Shown here one piece after another: positions 28,899-37,414 of a stretch of DNA of 40,662 nucleotides. Source of the DNA: Lentisphaerota bacterium (lineage in GTDB: Bacteria; Verrucomicrobiota; Kiritimatiellia; UBA8416; JAFGIZ01); assembly GCA_016929365.1 (NCBI GenBank), contig JAFGIZ010000160.1:1-40662 (forward strand), given 5' to 3'. Every line of letters begins with the position of its first letter. Position 1 is the stretch's first letter. The position numbers were made by a program, and so were the translations under genes. The notes beneath the pieces are model-generated. The model searched no databases, was not told the origin of the DNA, and saw only the letters and a list, made by a program, of their open reading frames with translations.

Positions 28899-29945
28899 AT
28901 GAAACTGTACGGAAAAGCATGGACGCGGCGGGAACTGGAGGCGCGGGTCGGGCGTGTCGAGCAGATCGGCGGCGTACGGAGGCTGCAGGCCGCGGAAGGC
29001 TTTGAACAGGGGTTGCAAACGGTACAGGTGCGCACGGGCGGCGGACTGGAATATTTTGTGAATCCCTCGCGCGGCCTGGATATTTCGCTCTGCCAGTTTG
29101 GCGGTACGCCGGTCAGCTGGCAGGCGCCGCAAGGCGATGTCGGCCCGGCGTTTTACAGTGCTCACGGTACGGACTGGCTGCGCACGGCCTGCGGCGGCAT
29201 GCTGATGACGTGCGGCATGCGGAATGCGGGCGTACCGTGCGAGGACCAGGGCGATACGCTCGGATTGCACGGCCGCGCGCACCATACGCCCGCCCGACAG
29301 GTTTCGGCCCAGGGCTGCTGGGACGGCGATGAGTACGTGATGCAGGTGAGCGGACAGATCGAGGAAGCGCGCTTTTTCGGCGAATACCTGAAACTGTACC
29401 GCGTCATTGAAAGCCGGCTGGGCGGCCATGACATCCGCATCAAAGACAGCGTCGAGAACTGCGGTTTTGAACCCTCGCCACTGATGCTCCTCTATCATTT
29501 CAATTTCGGCTTCCCGCTGCTGAGCGAACATGCCGAGCTGGACATCAAGGCACAGAAAACCGAACCGCGCGATGAACGGGCGGCGGAGTCGGCGCACGAC
29601 CGCTGGGAGGCCCCGACCGCCGGTTTTACGGAACAGTGCTATTACCATTCCGGTTTTGAAAGAGATGCGGACGGATTCGCGAAGGCATCGGTCATGAATT
29701 CCGCCTTTCCGGTGGCGGGCGGAATAACGGCACTGAAAGCGTCGGTGTGCTGGAAGCCGGAACAGCTCGACTGGCTGGTGCAGTGGACCGTGTGCGGGCA
29801 AGGCATGCATGTGCTGGGGATCGAGCCGGCCAACTGCCGGGTCAACGGTCGCGCGGGAGCGCGTGCCGCCGGCGACCTGAAATACATCGCACCGGGCGAA
29901 CGGCAAGAATTTGAAACCGTGCTCAGGTTTGAAAAAAAGGACTGA
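28899..29945 (+). CDS. DUF4432 / aldose 1-epimerase-like (galactose mutarotase fold) protein
   Basis: N-terminus MKLYGKAWTRRELEARVGRVEQIGGVRR is the stereotyped start of DUF4432 proteins. GLHGRAHHTPA is a mutarotase-like His block. Confidence 0.7.
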   Translation: MKLYGKAWTRRELEARVGRVEQIGGVRRLQAAEGFEQGLQTVQVRTGGGLEYFVNPSRGLDISLCQFGGTPVSWQAPQGDVGPAFYSAHGTDWLRTACGGMLMTCGMRNAGVPCEDQGDTLGLHGRAHHTPARQVSAQGCWDGDEYVMQVSGQIEEARFFGEYLKLYRVIESRLGGHDIRIKDSVENCGFEPSPLMLLYHFNFGFPLLSEHAELDIKAQKTEPRDERAAESAHDRWEAPTAGFTEQCYYHSGFERDADGFAKASVMNSAFPVAGGITALKASVCWKPEQLDWLVQWTVCGQGMHVLGIEPANCRVNGRAGARAAGDLKYIAPGERQEFETVLRFEKKD

Positions 29946-29949
29946 CCGG

Positions 29950-30777
29950 ATGACTGTAGAGGCAAAGGTTTTGAGTGAAGCGGCACTGAAGCAGGCACAA
30001 CAGTCCTATCGAACGCTGTATGCGGCGGCGCTGCCAGGAGCCGGGGGGATTACTCCGGACCGGCTGGAAATCGCGACCTTCAACTGCTCGGAGACCTTTG
30101 CCGAATTTCAGCGGATCGGACTCGGACTGGAAACCGTGGTGATTTACCGCGCGCCGGACGACACCGGGCACACCGGGAAGGTGCTGATGAATCTTCCGGG
30201 GCAGCTCCTGCTCGAACACGGGCATGTCGACACGTTCGTGCTGGAAAAAGACGCGCCGCTTCCCAACGGGTTTGTCCGGCTGGCGGAGTTGATCAACGCC
30301 TTTGAGGGCATATTGCAGTACCACGGCGACGGAACACCAAAGCGGGAGAACGGTACGCCGCAATATATCTACCGGGACGCGGACTATCAGATCGTTCAGG
30401 CCGAAGACGGACGGGCCGCTCTGCCGGACGGTCAGCCGGGCCTTGTTGCCGTCTATCCGGGCAAGTCGGAAACATTCAAAGCGATCTACGGCGACGGCAT
30501 TCTTTTTGCCGATACGGCGGAGGTATTGTACGCCCCCGAGGGCGTCGATCCGCACAGCATCCCCGGAGAACTTCTTCCACTGGCCGGAAAAGTCCGCGAG
30601 CAACAGGCCATCACGACGCAGCGCATGATCTATATGACCCGGGGCATGAACGTGCTGCTCTCCAAGAATACACGCCACGCTTTTCTTGGCGGACTCAGCG
30701 GCTGTGTCTATCTGGAATTCTCAACTCCGTCCATGGATGAAGCCGACCGGTTCACCGATCCGCGCGTGATCCGCTGA
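29950..30777 (+). CDS. D-lyxose/D-mannose ketol-isomerase-family cupin, with a large internal insertion
   Basis: PGQLLLEHGH parallels PGQTCPEHRH. NTRHAFLGG...YLEFSTPSMDEADRFTDPRV parallels NTLHWFQAG...SEFSSTSRDENDIFTDPRI of B. subtilis YdaE (from memory). ATG 29950 lies 4 nt after the DUF4432 stop. The track TTG start at 29911 overlaps the upstream gene. Confidence 0.55.
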   Translation: MTVEAKVLSEAALKQAQQSYRTLYAAALPGAGGITPDRLEIATFNCSETFAEFQRIGLGLETVVIYRAPDDTGHTGKVLMNLPGQLLLEHGHVDTFVLEKDAPLPNGFVRLAELINAFEGILQYHGDGTPKRENGTPQYIYRDADYQIVQAEDGRAALPDGQPGLVAVYPGKSETFKAIYGDGILFADTAEVLYAPEGVDPHSIPGELLPLAGKVREQQAITTQRMIYMTRGMNVLLSKNTRHAFLGGLSGCVYLEFSTPSMDEADRFTDPRVIR

Positions 30778-30801
30778 GGCCGAAGACCGGGAAACAGACC
30801 C

Positions 30802-31992
30802 ATGAGTCAACCCTTTGTAGGTTTCGGATTCGGAGCCATTCAGAGCGGGCTGTTCCTGTACGAGGCCTTTCAGTCGGGACATTTTGACCGGCTTGTGGTT
30901 GCGGAAGTGATTCCGGACGTGGTGGCGGCGGTTCGCCCCCATGGCGCTTATGCGCTGAACATGGCGACCCCGGACGGCATCGCACAGCACCGGGTCACCG
31001 GAATTGAAATCTACAATCCGCGGGTTCCCGCCGATCGGGGGCCGCTTGTCGACGCTCTGGCGGAGGCGCAGGAGATCGCGACGGCGCTGCCGAGTGTCGA
31101 CTTTTACGACCGCGGCGGGGCGTCGGTCGCCAACCTGCTGGCCGAAGCCCTGCGGCGCAAGCTGGCCGATCCGACCCTGCCGGCGGCGGTCTTGTACACG
31201 GCCGAAAACAACAATCATGCCGCGGAATTATTGGACGGCCTGCTGCGCGGGAAAGTGGGTGCCGATTATTCAAGGCGGTTCCAGGTTCTGAACACCGTGA
31301 TCGGGAAAATGAGCGGAGTGGTTACCGATTCGGCGCAGATCGAACGGGACGGGTTGGCGCGGGTCGCGCCCGGCGCGGACCGTGCGTTCCTAGTGGAGGC
31401 ATTCAACAAAATCCTGATCAGTAAAATCGGGATCCCCGGATTCCGGAGGGGCCTTGACGTGCTGATCGAGAAACCGGACCTGATGCCGTTCGAGGAAGCC
31501 AAATTGTACGGACACAATGCGACCCATGCCCTGCTCGGCTATCTGGCCCATCAGAAAGGGATGCGTTTCATGTCCGATGCGGCCTCGGATCCCGGACTGG
31601 CCGCCTTCTGCAGGGCCGCGTTCATGGAAGAGTCCGGCGGAGCGTTGATCGGGAAATATGCCGGATGCGATGAGCTCTTCACGGAGTCCGGCTATACGGC
31701 GTACGTGGACGACCTGATGCTTCGCATGCTCAATCCGTGGCTGCGCGATCAGGTAGCGCGCATCATCCGCGATCCGCGCCGCAAGCTGGCGTGGAACGAC
31801 CGCTTGATCGGCACCATGCGGCTGGCGCTTTCGCAGGGAATTGAGCCGCTCCGTTACGCGGCCGGCGCCAGGGCGGCGCTGAACCTGCTCGAAGCCGCGG
31901 GTCCGGCACCGGTGGATTTCAAACAACTCTGGCCGGACGCCGACGAACGCGAACGGACCGCGGTACAGCATCGGATTGTCCGATATCCGTAA
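30802..31992 (+). CDS. Mannitol-dehydrogenase-family-like oxidoreductase (Rossmann N-domain plus helical C-domain)
   Basis: N-terminal FVGFGFGAIQSGLF resembles the GAGNIGRGF dinucleotide fold of MtlD/UxaB/UxuB. KLYGHNATHALLGYLA resembles the K...N..H catalytic block of that family. The assignment is tentative. Confidence 0.5.
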   Translation: MSQPFVGFGFGAIQSGLFLYEAFQSGHFDRLVVAEVIPDVVAAVRPHGAYALNMATPDGIAQHRVTGIEIYNPRVPADRGPLVDALAEAQEIATALPSVDFYDRGGASVANLLAEALRRKLADPTLPAAVLYTAENNNHAAELLDGLLRGKVGADYSRRFQVLNTVIGKMSGVVTDSAQIERDGLARVAPGADRAFLVEAFNKILISKIGIPGFRRGLDVLIEKPDLMPFEEAKLYGHNATHALLGYLAHQKGMRFMSDAASDPGLAAFCRAAFMEESGGALIGKYAGCDELFTESGYTAYVDDLMLRMLNPWLRDQVARIIRDPRRKLAWNDRLIGTMRLALSQGIEPLRYAAGARAALNLLEAAGPAPVDFKQLWPDADERERTAVQHRIVRYP

Positions 31993-32090
31993 CATGTCCG
32001 GCGCTCTCCAGAAGACCGGGCCTTGTATCTTGATTCCGCTGAAGAAGCCATGTGGCGGGTCGTCAGCCCTATGCGTTTCCTTGAGTCCTG

Positions 32091-32138
32091 ATCGTAATCG
32101 TTCACCTCAGCGTAATCCCTCGGTAAATCGATTACGAT
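32091..32138. promoter_or_regulatory. Perfect 10-bp inverted repeat in the intergenic region upstream of the second sulfatase (candidate operator)
   Basis: ATCGTAATCG (32091-32100) and CGATTACGAT (32129-32138) are exact reverse complements separated by 28 nt. A third partial copy, CGTAATC, sits at 32111-32117. The repeat lies in a 305-nt, visibly AT-richer spacer. Confidence 0.3.
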
Positions 32139-32297
32139 GGATCGTCACAACACGCTGTGACAAGATACATATGTTGAGTTCGGCTGGAAAACGGAGGACC
32201 GGCCAGCAATGCTCGTAACGCGCTGTGCCGGGGCAGATTGGACAGCGAGCCGTACTACCAGTTTTGACATTATGGAAAAGGCAGGAAGGAGCTTACG

Positions 32298-33833
32298 ATG
32301 AAAAAGGGGCCGGCAGGGGACCGACCGAATTTCTTGATTTTTTGCGTGGACCAGCAGAAGGCGGCCCACCTGGGTTGCGCGGGACACCCGGTACTTCAGA
32401 CGCCGAACATCGACCGGATCGCCGCCGGGGGAACCCGGTTTGAGAGCTGTTATACGTCCTCTCCTGCCTGCATGCCGGCGCGGGCGACGATGGTGACGGG
32501 ATTGACAAACCGCGCCAACAGGGTCCGGACCAATGGCGTATCTCTCCCGGAGGACATACCCACCCTGCCGGGGTTACTGGCGTCCGCGGGCTACCGCACG
32601 CACGCGGCCGGGAAGCTGCACCTGAAGACCTGGGGATCCTTGGGTGACACGGCGGATCCCGACGTCGAAACACCTGAAGAGAATCCGGAACGGCTGATTC
32701 ACTGGGTAAACGGCACCATCACCAGGTCTCCCGACCATTACTATGGATTTCAAACTCAGGATTCGGCCATCGGCCATGTGCATTACGTCCAGGGCGACTA
32801 TAAGGTCTGGTTGGATCAACACCATCCCGGCGCCTACGAGGGCTACAACAACGACAACCCGGGCCCCTTGAGCCTTGATCCCGAGCTGCATTACAACCAT
32901 TGGATCGCCGATCGCTCCATCGATTTTCTGCGCAAGCGCGCGGCGGACCGATCACCGTTCTTCCTGTGGTGTTCTTTCCCCGATCCCCATTGTCCCTTTG
33001 CCGCCGTGCAGCCATGGTTTGACTTTTACAGGGACAAGGTCTTCGATCTGACCCATGCCGCGGTCGAACCGATTGTTGGCGGCGGATCGGAAACCATGCG
33101 GCGCATGGGCAGCGGCGCCAGGGCGCTTGACCGGGCTTACTTGCATGCGTGCGAACTCCAGACCTACGCCATGATCAGCCATGTGGACGAGCAGATCGGC
33201 CGCGTCCTCGATGCTTTGGAACAGGCCGGCCTGGACGACAATACTGTGGTGGTTTTCATTGCCGATCACGGCGAGCAATTGGGTGAACACGGATTCATGC
33301 ACAAGGGCTATTTTCCTTCAGACAGCCACGCCCGCATTCCGTTTGTGTGCACAGTCCCCGGCACCGCCACGCCGGGCCACGTGGTCACCGACGTAGTGAG
33401 CTTGCTGGATTTTGTTCCAACCGTTCTGGATCTGGCTGGAATCGCTCAGCCTGAGGACCCTAATGCCGCACCGTCCTTCTTCGCGCGTTCCGCTCCCGTG
33501 CCGGCGAGTTTGCCGGGAGAGTCGCTCAAGGCAACGCTTTTGAAGGGGGTTCCGCCACGCCGGCAAAATGCCTTGGTCGAATTCGACGATGAAAACGTTG
33601 AGGTGTTCGATCTCCTGCAGATGCGTATGCTGATCACCAACGAATTCAAACTGGTTTACTATAGCCCCACCGATGAGCTCATGCTGTTCGATCGTCGCAA
33701 CGATCCGGAAGAGAGAAACAACCTGGTGTTCGATCCGGACTTTGCCGGCGTCCGGGAAGGCTTACTGGTGAAGCTGATCCATGAACTATCGCGCACCGAA
33801 AGTCGTCTCCCGAGGCGCATCGAAGGGGCGTGA
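32298..33833 (+). CDS. Formylglycine-dependent sulfatase
   Basis: PNFLIFCVDQQ, signature SPACMPARATMVTG (CxPxR), AGYRTHAAGKLH (sulfatase signature II) and FIADHGE. AGGAAGGAG RBS. No obvious signal peptide. Confidence 0.9.
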   Translation: MKKGPAGDRPNFLIFCVDQQKAAHLGCAGHPVLQTPNIDRIAAGGTRFESCYTSSPACMPARATMVTGLTNRANRVRTNGVSLPEDIPTLPGLLASAGYRTHAAGKLHLKTWGSLGDTADPDVETPEENPERLIHWVNGTITRSPDHYYGFQTQDSAIGHVHYVQGDYKVWLDQHHPGAYEGYNNDNPGPLSLDPELHYNHWIADRSIDFLRKRAADRSPFFLWCSFPDPHCPFAAVQPWFDFYRDKVFDLTHAAVEPIVGGGSETMRRMGSGARALDRAYLHACELQTYAMISHVDEQIGRVLDALEQAGLDDNTVVVFIADHGEQLGEHGFMHKGYFPSDSHARIPFVCTVPGTATPGHVVTDVVSLLDFVPTVLDLAGIAQPEDPNAAPSFFARSAPVPASLPGESLKATLLKGVPPRRQNALVEFDDENVEVFDLLQMRMLITNEFKLVYYSPTDELMLFDRRNDPEERNNLVFDPDFAGVREGLLVKLIHELSRTESRLPRRIEGA

Positions 33834-34044
33834 GGACAGAGGACGTTGCAGAAATGGTGGGCGATATCAGAGCGATGACTCCCCCCCCATTCTTGACTCC
33901 GGAGCTGAATGGCTCGTATCGTTCAGCCGGAGCTCGGGGGCGAGACGTGTTGTTCGGGGCCCGGGTCAGCCCGTTCCGATCGCCTTGTCGCGATCAACTT
34001 GGCACTATCGGCGGCGCCGATTATACAGGAAGGCATGGTGGTAC

Positions 34045-35649
34045 GTGATTGGCAAACCGGCTGTCTATGGCTCGATCATGGGACTCGCGCTCTGTGCGGC
34101 GGGCTTCGCGATGCAGGGCGAACCCATGCAGGACAAGGACAATTCACAGCACGATTCGGATCCCGTCGCTTCTCTGGCCGACACGTCCATCCCGGCGGGC
34201 GTATTTGATCCGGGCACGGAGGACATCGCACCCTATCTTCCCTTTGATATGCCGAGTTATAAGACCCTGCTCCAGTCCGAGAAGAAGGTCTTTCCGCATT
34301 GGCATCTTTTCAACGTTTCCTGGGATAACCAGGATCCGGAACACGATTTTTACGACCGACACGTCGTGGTGGCGCATGGAACCTATCCGAACAAGGGCAG
34401 ACAGAGACCATTGCCCTGGCCCCCGCGCCGGGATGCGGAAGACTGGAAGGTTCGCGATATGATCTATGAGATCCGCCTGGCGCAGGCCATTGGCTGTGAC
34501 GGGTTCTGGATGAACTTCTTTGGCCAGGACAACCAGACGGTCTTGGCCATGCTGGAGGCCGCCAGGCACGTGAATTCGGGTTTCAAGATTCTGCTGGCAC
34601 AGGGCTGTGCCGGTTACATGCCTCGCCTCAAGGAAAGGACACTTTCCAGATCGGGAGCCCCTGCGGACTATTATTCGGCGCTATACGAGCAGTTGGGACC
34701 CCACCCGTTCGCATACCGGGTCGGCGGAGAACTCGTCATCAGCGGGTTCGGTTCCATGTGGGTAGCGCCGGAGGAGTGGGCCTCCGTTTTCAGCCGGCTC
34801 AAGCAGAAAGGTATCGACGTTTGTTTCATGCCTCTTTTTATGAATTGGAAGAGCCATTACAAAGACTATGCGCCCATCGTTGCAGGCTTTGGCGACTGGG
34901 GATCGCGCGACGCTGATTCAGCCCGGGGTTATATGGAGGGCGCGAAAACGGCGCACGCACTGGGGAAAGAATGGATCATGCCCGTGCCGAGTCAGGATCA
35001 GCGCGTCAAGGCCGGCGTATACTATGAGGCCAGGGGCAGCGAAACATTCCGCAATTATTGGGAGGCGGCGATCGAAAGCGATTCAGACTGGGCGCAAATT
35101 ATTACCTGGAATGATTACAGTGAAGCGACTGAAATCGCTCCGAGCACCGGCACCCAGTACGCGTTTTACGATCTTTCCGCCTACTATATTGCCTGGTTTA
35201 AGACCGGGGAGAAACCGCGGATTGTGCGGGATGTGCTCTACTATTTCCATCGCACGCAATTCACGGATACCGCTCCCACCGAAGGCAACACTTTCCGCTG
35301 TGTTGGCGGTGAGCCCGTGGACATCATTGAACTGGTTGCGTTCCTGAAGAAGCCCGGCACGATTGCAATCGAAATCGCCGGCCGTCAGTACACCCGGAAG
35401 GGAGAATACGGAATTAACGTACTGCAGGTTCCTCTCCAGGTTGGCACGCCCGTGTTCAAGCTGATCCGGGAGGGGCAAACGGAAATTGTATTACAGAGCG
35501 CCTTTCCGGTCCTGAATCAACCCGCGCGCGTGCATGATCTATTGTACAAAGGCGGCTCTTCAACGCGCCGTCCGGTCCCCATGACGGATCTTTACAAGCG
35601 CTTTTATGATCTTGACGCGTCAGACCCTGAGAGCCCTGCCGCACGGTAA
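34045..35649 (+). CDS. GH71-like glycoside hydrolase (alpha-1,3-glucanase/mutanase family-like), secreted or membrane-anchored
   Basis: EDWKVRDMIYEIRLAQAIGCDGFWMNFFGQD and ITWNDYSEATEIAPS resemble conserved GH71 blocks (dW..di..A...GiDGFaLN; WNDygEs.yi). The track ORF begins at ATG 33781 inside the sulfatase gene. GTG 34045 or ATG 34078, just before the hydrophobic GLALCAAGFA stretch, is more plausible. Confidence 0.55.
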   Translation: MIGKPAVYGSIMGLALCAAGFAMQGEPMQDKDNSQHDSDPVASLADTSIPAGVFDPGTEDIAPYLPFDMPSYKTLLQSEKKVFPHWHLFNVSWDNQDPEHDFYDRHVVVAHGTYPNKGRQRPLPWPPRRDAEDWKVRDMIYEIRLAQAIGCDGFWMNFFGQDNQTVLAMLEAARHVNSGFKILLAQGCAGYMPRLKERTLSRSGAPADYYSALYEQLGPHPFAYRVGGELVISGFGSMWVAPEEWASVFSRLKQKGIDVCFMPLFMNWKSHYKDYAPIVAGFGDWGSRDADSARGYMEGAKTAHALGKEWIMPVPSQDQRVKAGVYYEARGSETFRNYWEAAIESDSDWAQIITWNDYSEATEIAPSTGTQYAFYDLSAYYIAWFKTGEKPRIVRDVLYYFHRTQFTDTAPTEGNTFRCVGGEPVDIIELVAFLKKPGTIAIEIAGRQYTRKGEYGINVLQVPLQVGTPVFKLIREGQTEIVLQSAFPVLNQPARVHDLLYKGGSSTRRPVPMTDLYKRFYDLDASDPESPAAR

Positions 35650-35904
35650 AACGCGGCCCCGCCAGATTCCATCCCTATCTCGGCGCCTTGAAAAGCGTGA
35701 TTCTGCCCCGATCTTGCCTCACCATTCCGACTCCGGCATCCTCGGCCCCATGAAAGCCCTGCTCCAGGACGGTCGTCAGGCGCATATGTCCGTCCCGCCC
35801 GAAAAGCGATTACTTAGCAAAATCACGCTTGCCCGCGGAACCGTTCTGATGTATGCTTCATTCATAATAGATCACTAATGCATCAGGGAGAAGAGTCTGA
35901 ACGT

Positions 35905-36162
35905 ATGGGAACGCTAACGATACACGCGTTGGAAGCTGCGGTTGAAAGGCGGATTCGGGCCAAGGCAAAGCGGGATGGTAGGAGTCTCAACCGGACGCTT
36001 AAGGAACTTCTGGCCAGAAGTGTTGGGGTCAGCCCGGCCCCCGCGGCGGACCATAGGGCTGACTTCGCGGAATTCTGCGGAATCTGGACGCCCCAGGATG
36101 CGCGTGAGTTCAAGGCGGCGACGGCGGATCTGGAGAGCATCGATCAAGAGGACTGGCAATGA
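35905..36162 (+). CDS. vapB: VapB-type ribbon-helix-helix antitoxin
   Basis: MGTLTIHALEAAVERRIRAKAKRDGRSLNRTLKELL is an Arc/MetJ (FitA-like) RHH start. GGGAGAAGAG RBS. Its stop overlaps the PIN gene start (ATGA). Confidence 0.7.
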   Translation: MGTLTIHALEAAVERRIRAKAKRDGRSLNRTLKELLARSVGVSPAPAADHRADFAEFCGIWTPQDAREFKAATADLESIDQEDWQ

Positions 36163-36578
36163 TGAAGGCCATCCTGCTTGACACCAACGCCATCACGGCC
36201 CTCTTCCAGGGCACAGCGGCCGTTCTGGATGCCGTGGCCAAGACCGACTGCGTTTACGCGTCGGCAATCGTCATCGGGGAACTGGAAGCTGGATTTCGCG
36301 GAGGCAGTCGCTACGCCGAAAATCTGGAGGTGCTTGAGAGATTCCTCGCAAAACCATCCGTCGAAGTCCTGCCGGTTCGCCGCGAAACCGGCGAATGCTT
36401 TGGCCGAGTCAAGCAGGCTTTGAAGACCAAGGGGGCAGCGATCCCTATCAACGATATCTGGTTAGCCGCGCAATGCATGGAAACCGGCGCGGTGCTGGTA
36501 ACGTATGATGGCCACTTCGACGTTGTGGACGGGCTGCGCCTCTGGTCTCGGCCCGAGCCAAGCAAGCACGGCAAATGA
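36159..36578 (+). CDS. vapC: PIN-domain ribonuclease toxin VapC
   Basis: ILLDTNAI (first acidic residue), IVIGELEAG (E), and NDIWLAAQ...VTYDGHF (D...D) in canonical PIN order. 139 aa. Confidence 0.85.
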   Translation: MMKAILLDTNAITALFQGTAAVLDAVAKTDCVYASAIVIGELEAGFRGGSRYAENLEVLERFLAKPSVEVLPVRRETGECFGRVKQALKTKGAAIPINDIWLAAQCMETGAVLVTYDGHFDVVDGLRLWSRPEPSKHGK

Positions 36579-36711
36579 AACCGCTTTCCGGTTAGGGCGT
36601 GCGCACCCAATTGTGGGAAAAATGCGATACCATGTCGCCGGTAAACAAGCCACCGGCCGACACGCCTGACAAACCGGCCGAGCCCGAACCGCCCATCTGA
36701 TATCCCGGGAA

Positions 36712-37062
36712 TCAGGGCAGAACGGCGGCGAGTTCTTCGGCGAATGGCAACTCGCCGAGAAGCTTGCGGACTGTCTTCTGCCATGTCTTCGGCATGTAGC
36801 CGTCGCGACCCTTGCGGCTGATCACGAAGTCGCGATCATGAAGCACGGCTTCAAGATCGACCTCGTGATCGAACCGGGGCGGAATAGGAATGAGCAGGTC
36901 AATGTCACGCGTCCGGATGCCCGGACGGTAACGCACATCACTGAAGAAATCCTCGTAGGCGAGCAGACACCACGATCCGATCAAGACGACGTGCTTCAGC
37001 ACGCCTTCGCGATCCAATCGCCGCAGTACTTCGCAGCACAGTTCAAACTGCTCGCTTCTCAC
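36712..37062 (-). CDS. Small nucleotidyltransferase-fold protein (GS...DxD minimal NTase motif), possibly truncated
   Basis: VVLIGSWCLLAYEDFF...IRTRDIDLLIP matches the G-S ... D-x-D pattern of pol-beta-superfamily NTases used as TA/defence toxins. It is only 116 aa. GTG start with GGAAGG 6 nt upstream. It overlaps the upstream ORF by 20 nt. Confidence 0.5.
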   Translation of the reverse strand: MRSEQFELCCEVLRRLDREGVLKHVVLIGSWCLLAYEDFFSDVRYRPGIRTRDIDLLIPIPPRFDHEVDLEAVLHDRDFVISRKGRDGYMPKTWQKTVRKLLGELPFAEELAAVLP

Positions 37063-37357
37063 GCAGCACCTTCCGCAGAAACCGAATCTGCTTGTTCACT
37101 TCGCGCAGCCGTTCCCGGTACCGGGCCCGGCTTTGTTTCGCTTCCTCGTAGCGGTCGACATCTTCATCCGGGAGCTTGCCCAGGTAATCGAACTCCACCT
37201 TGTCGCCTTCGCGGTGCGCCAGGTAGAAGTATGGACGTCCACGGATCTCCTTGCGGACAAGCGACCCTCGCGGCAGCTCTGCGAGCGCCCGCTCGTAGTC
37301 CTGCTTGATCTGCAAGGAGTTCTGCAACTCCTCGTTGAGCATGTCCTTGATAAACAT
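37043..37357 (-). CDS. 104-aa partner protein of the NTase-fold ORF (candidate antitoxin, or the N-terminal half of a split gene)
   Basis: GAGGA RBS 6 nt before ATG 37357. Sequence LVRKEIRGRPYFYLAHREGDKVEFDYLG is followed by a basic coiled-coil. Coding-like composition. No family is firmly recognised. Confidence 0.45.
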   Translation of the reverse strand: MFIKDMLNEELQNSLQIKQDYERALAELPRGSLVRKEIRGRPYFYLAHREGDKVEFDYLGKLPDEDVDRYEEAKQSRARYRERLREVNKQIRFLRKVLREKRAV

Positions 37358-37373
37358 CGTACGTCCTCACGCA

Positions 37374-37414
37374 TTACCAAACGTAACTACCGATAATGCT
37401 ATTCTGTTTGGTAA
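37374..37414. promoter_or_regulatory. Perfect 9-bp inverted repeat upstream of the 104-aa ORF (candidate autoregulatory operator and promoter)
   Basis: TTACCAAAC (37374-37382) and GTTTGGTAA (37406-37414) are exact reverse complements. They flank a 23-nt AT-rich spacer containing GATAAT/ATTATC, 17-57 nt upstream of ATG 37357. Confidence 0.35.

Noticed and set aside
28782-29906. 374-aa minus-strand ORF
   Set aside because: It is antisense to the DUF4432 gene and has shadow-ORF composition.
35675-35785. 36-aa minus-strand mini-ORF (MRLTTVLEQGFHGAEDAGVGMVRQDRGRITLFKAPR) in the spacer before vapB
   Set aside because: It is too short, has no RBS and no recognisable similarity. It may be a remnant of a lost gene, but that cannot be supported from the sequence alone.
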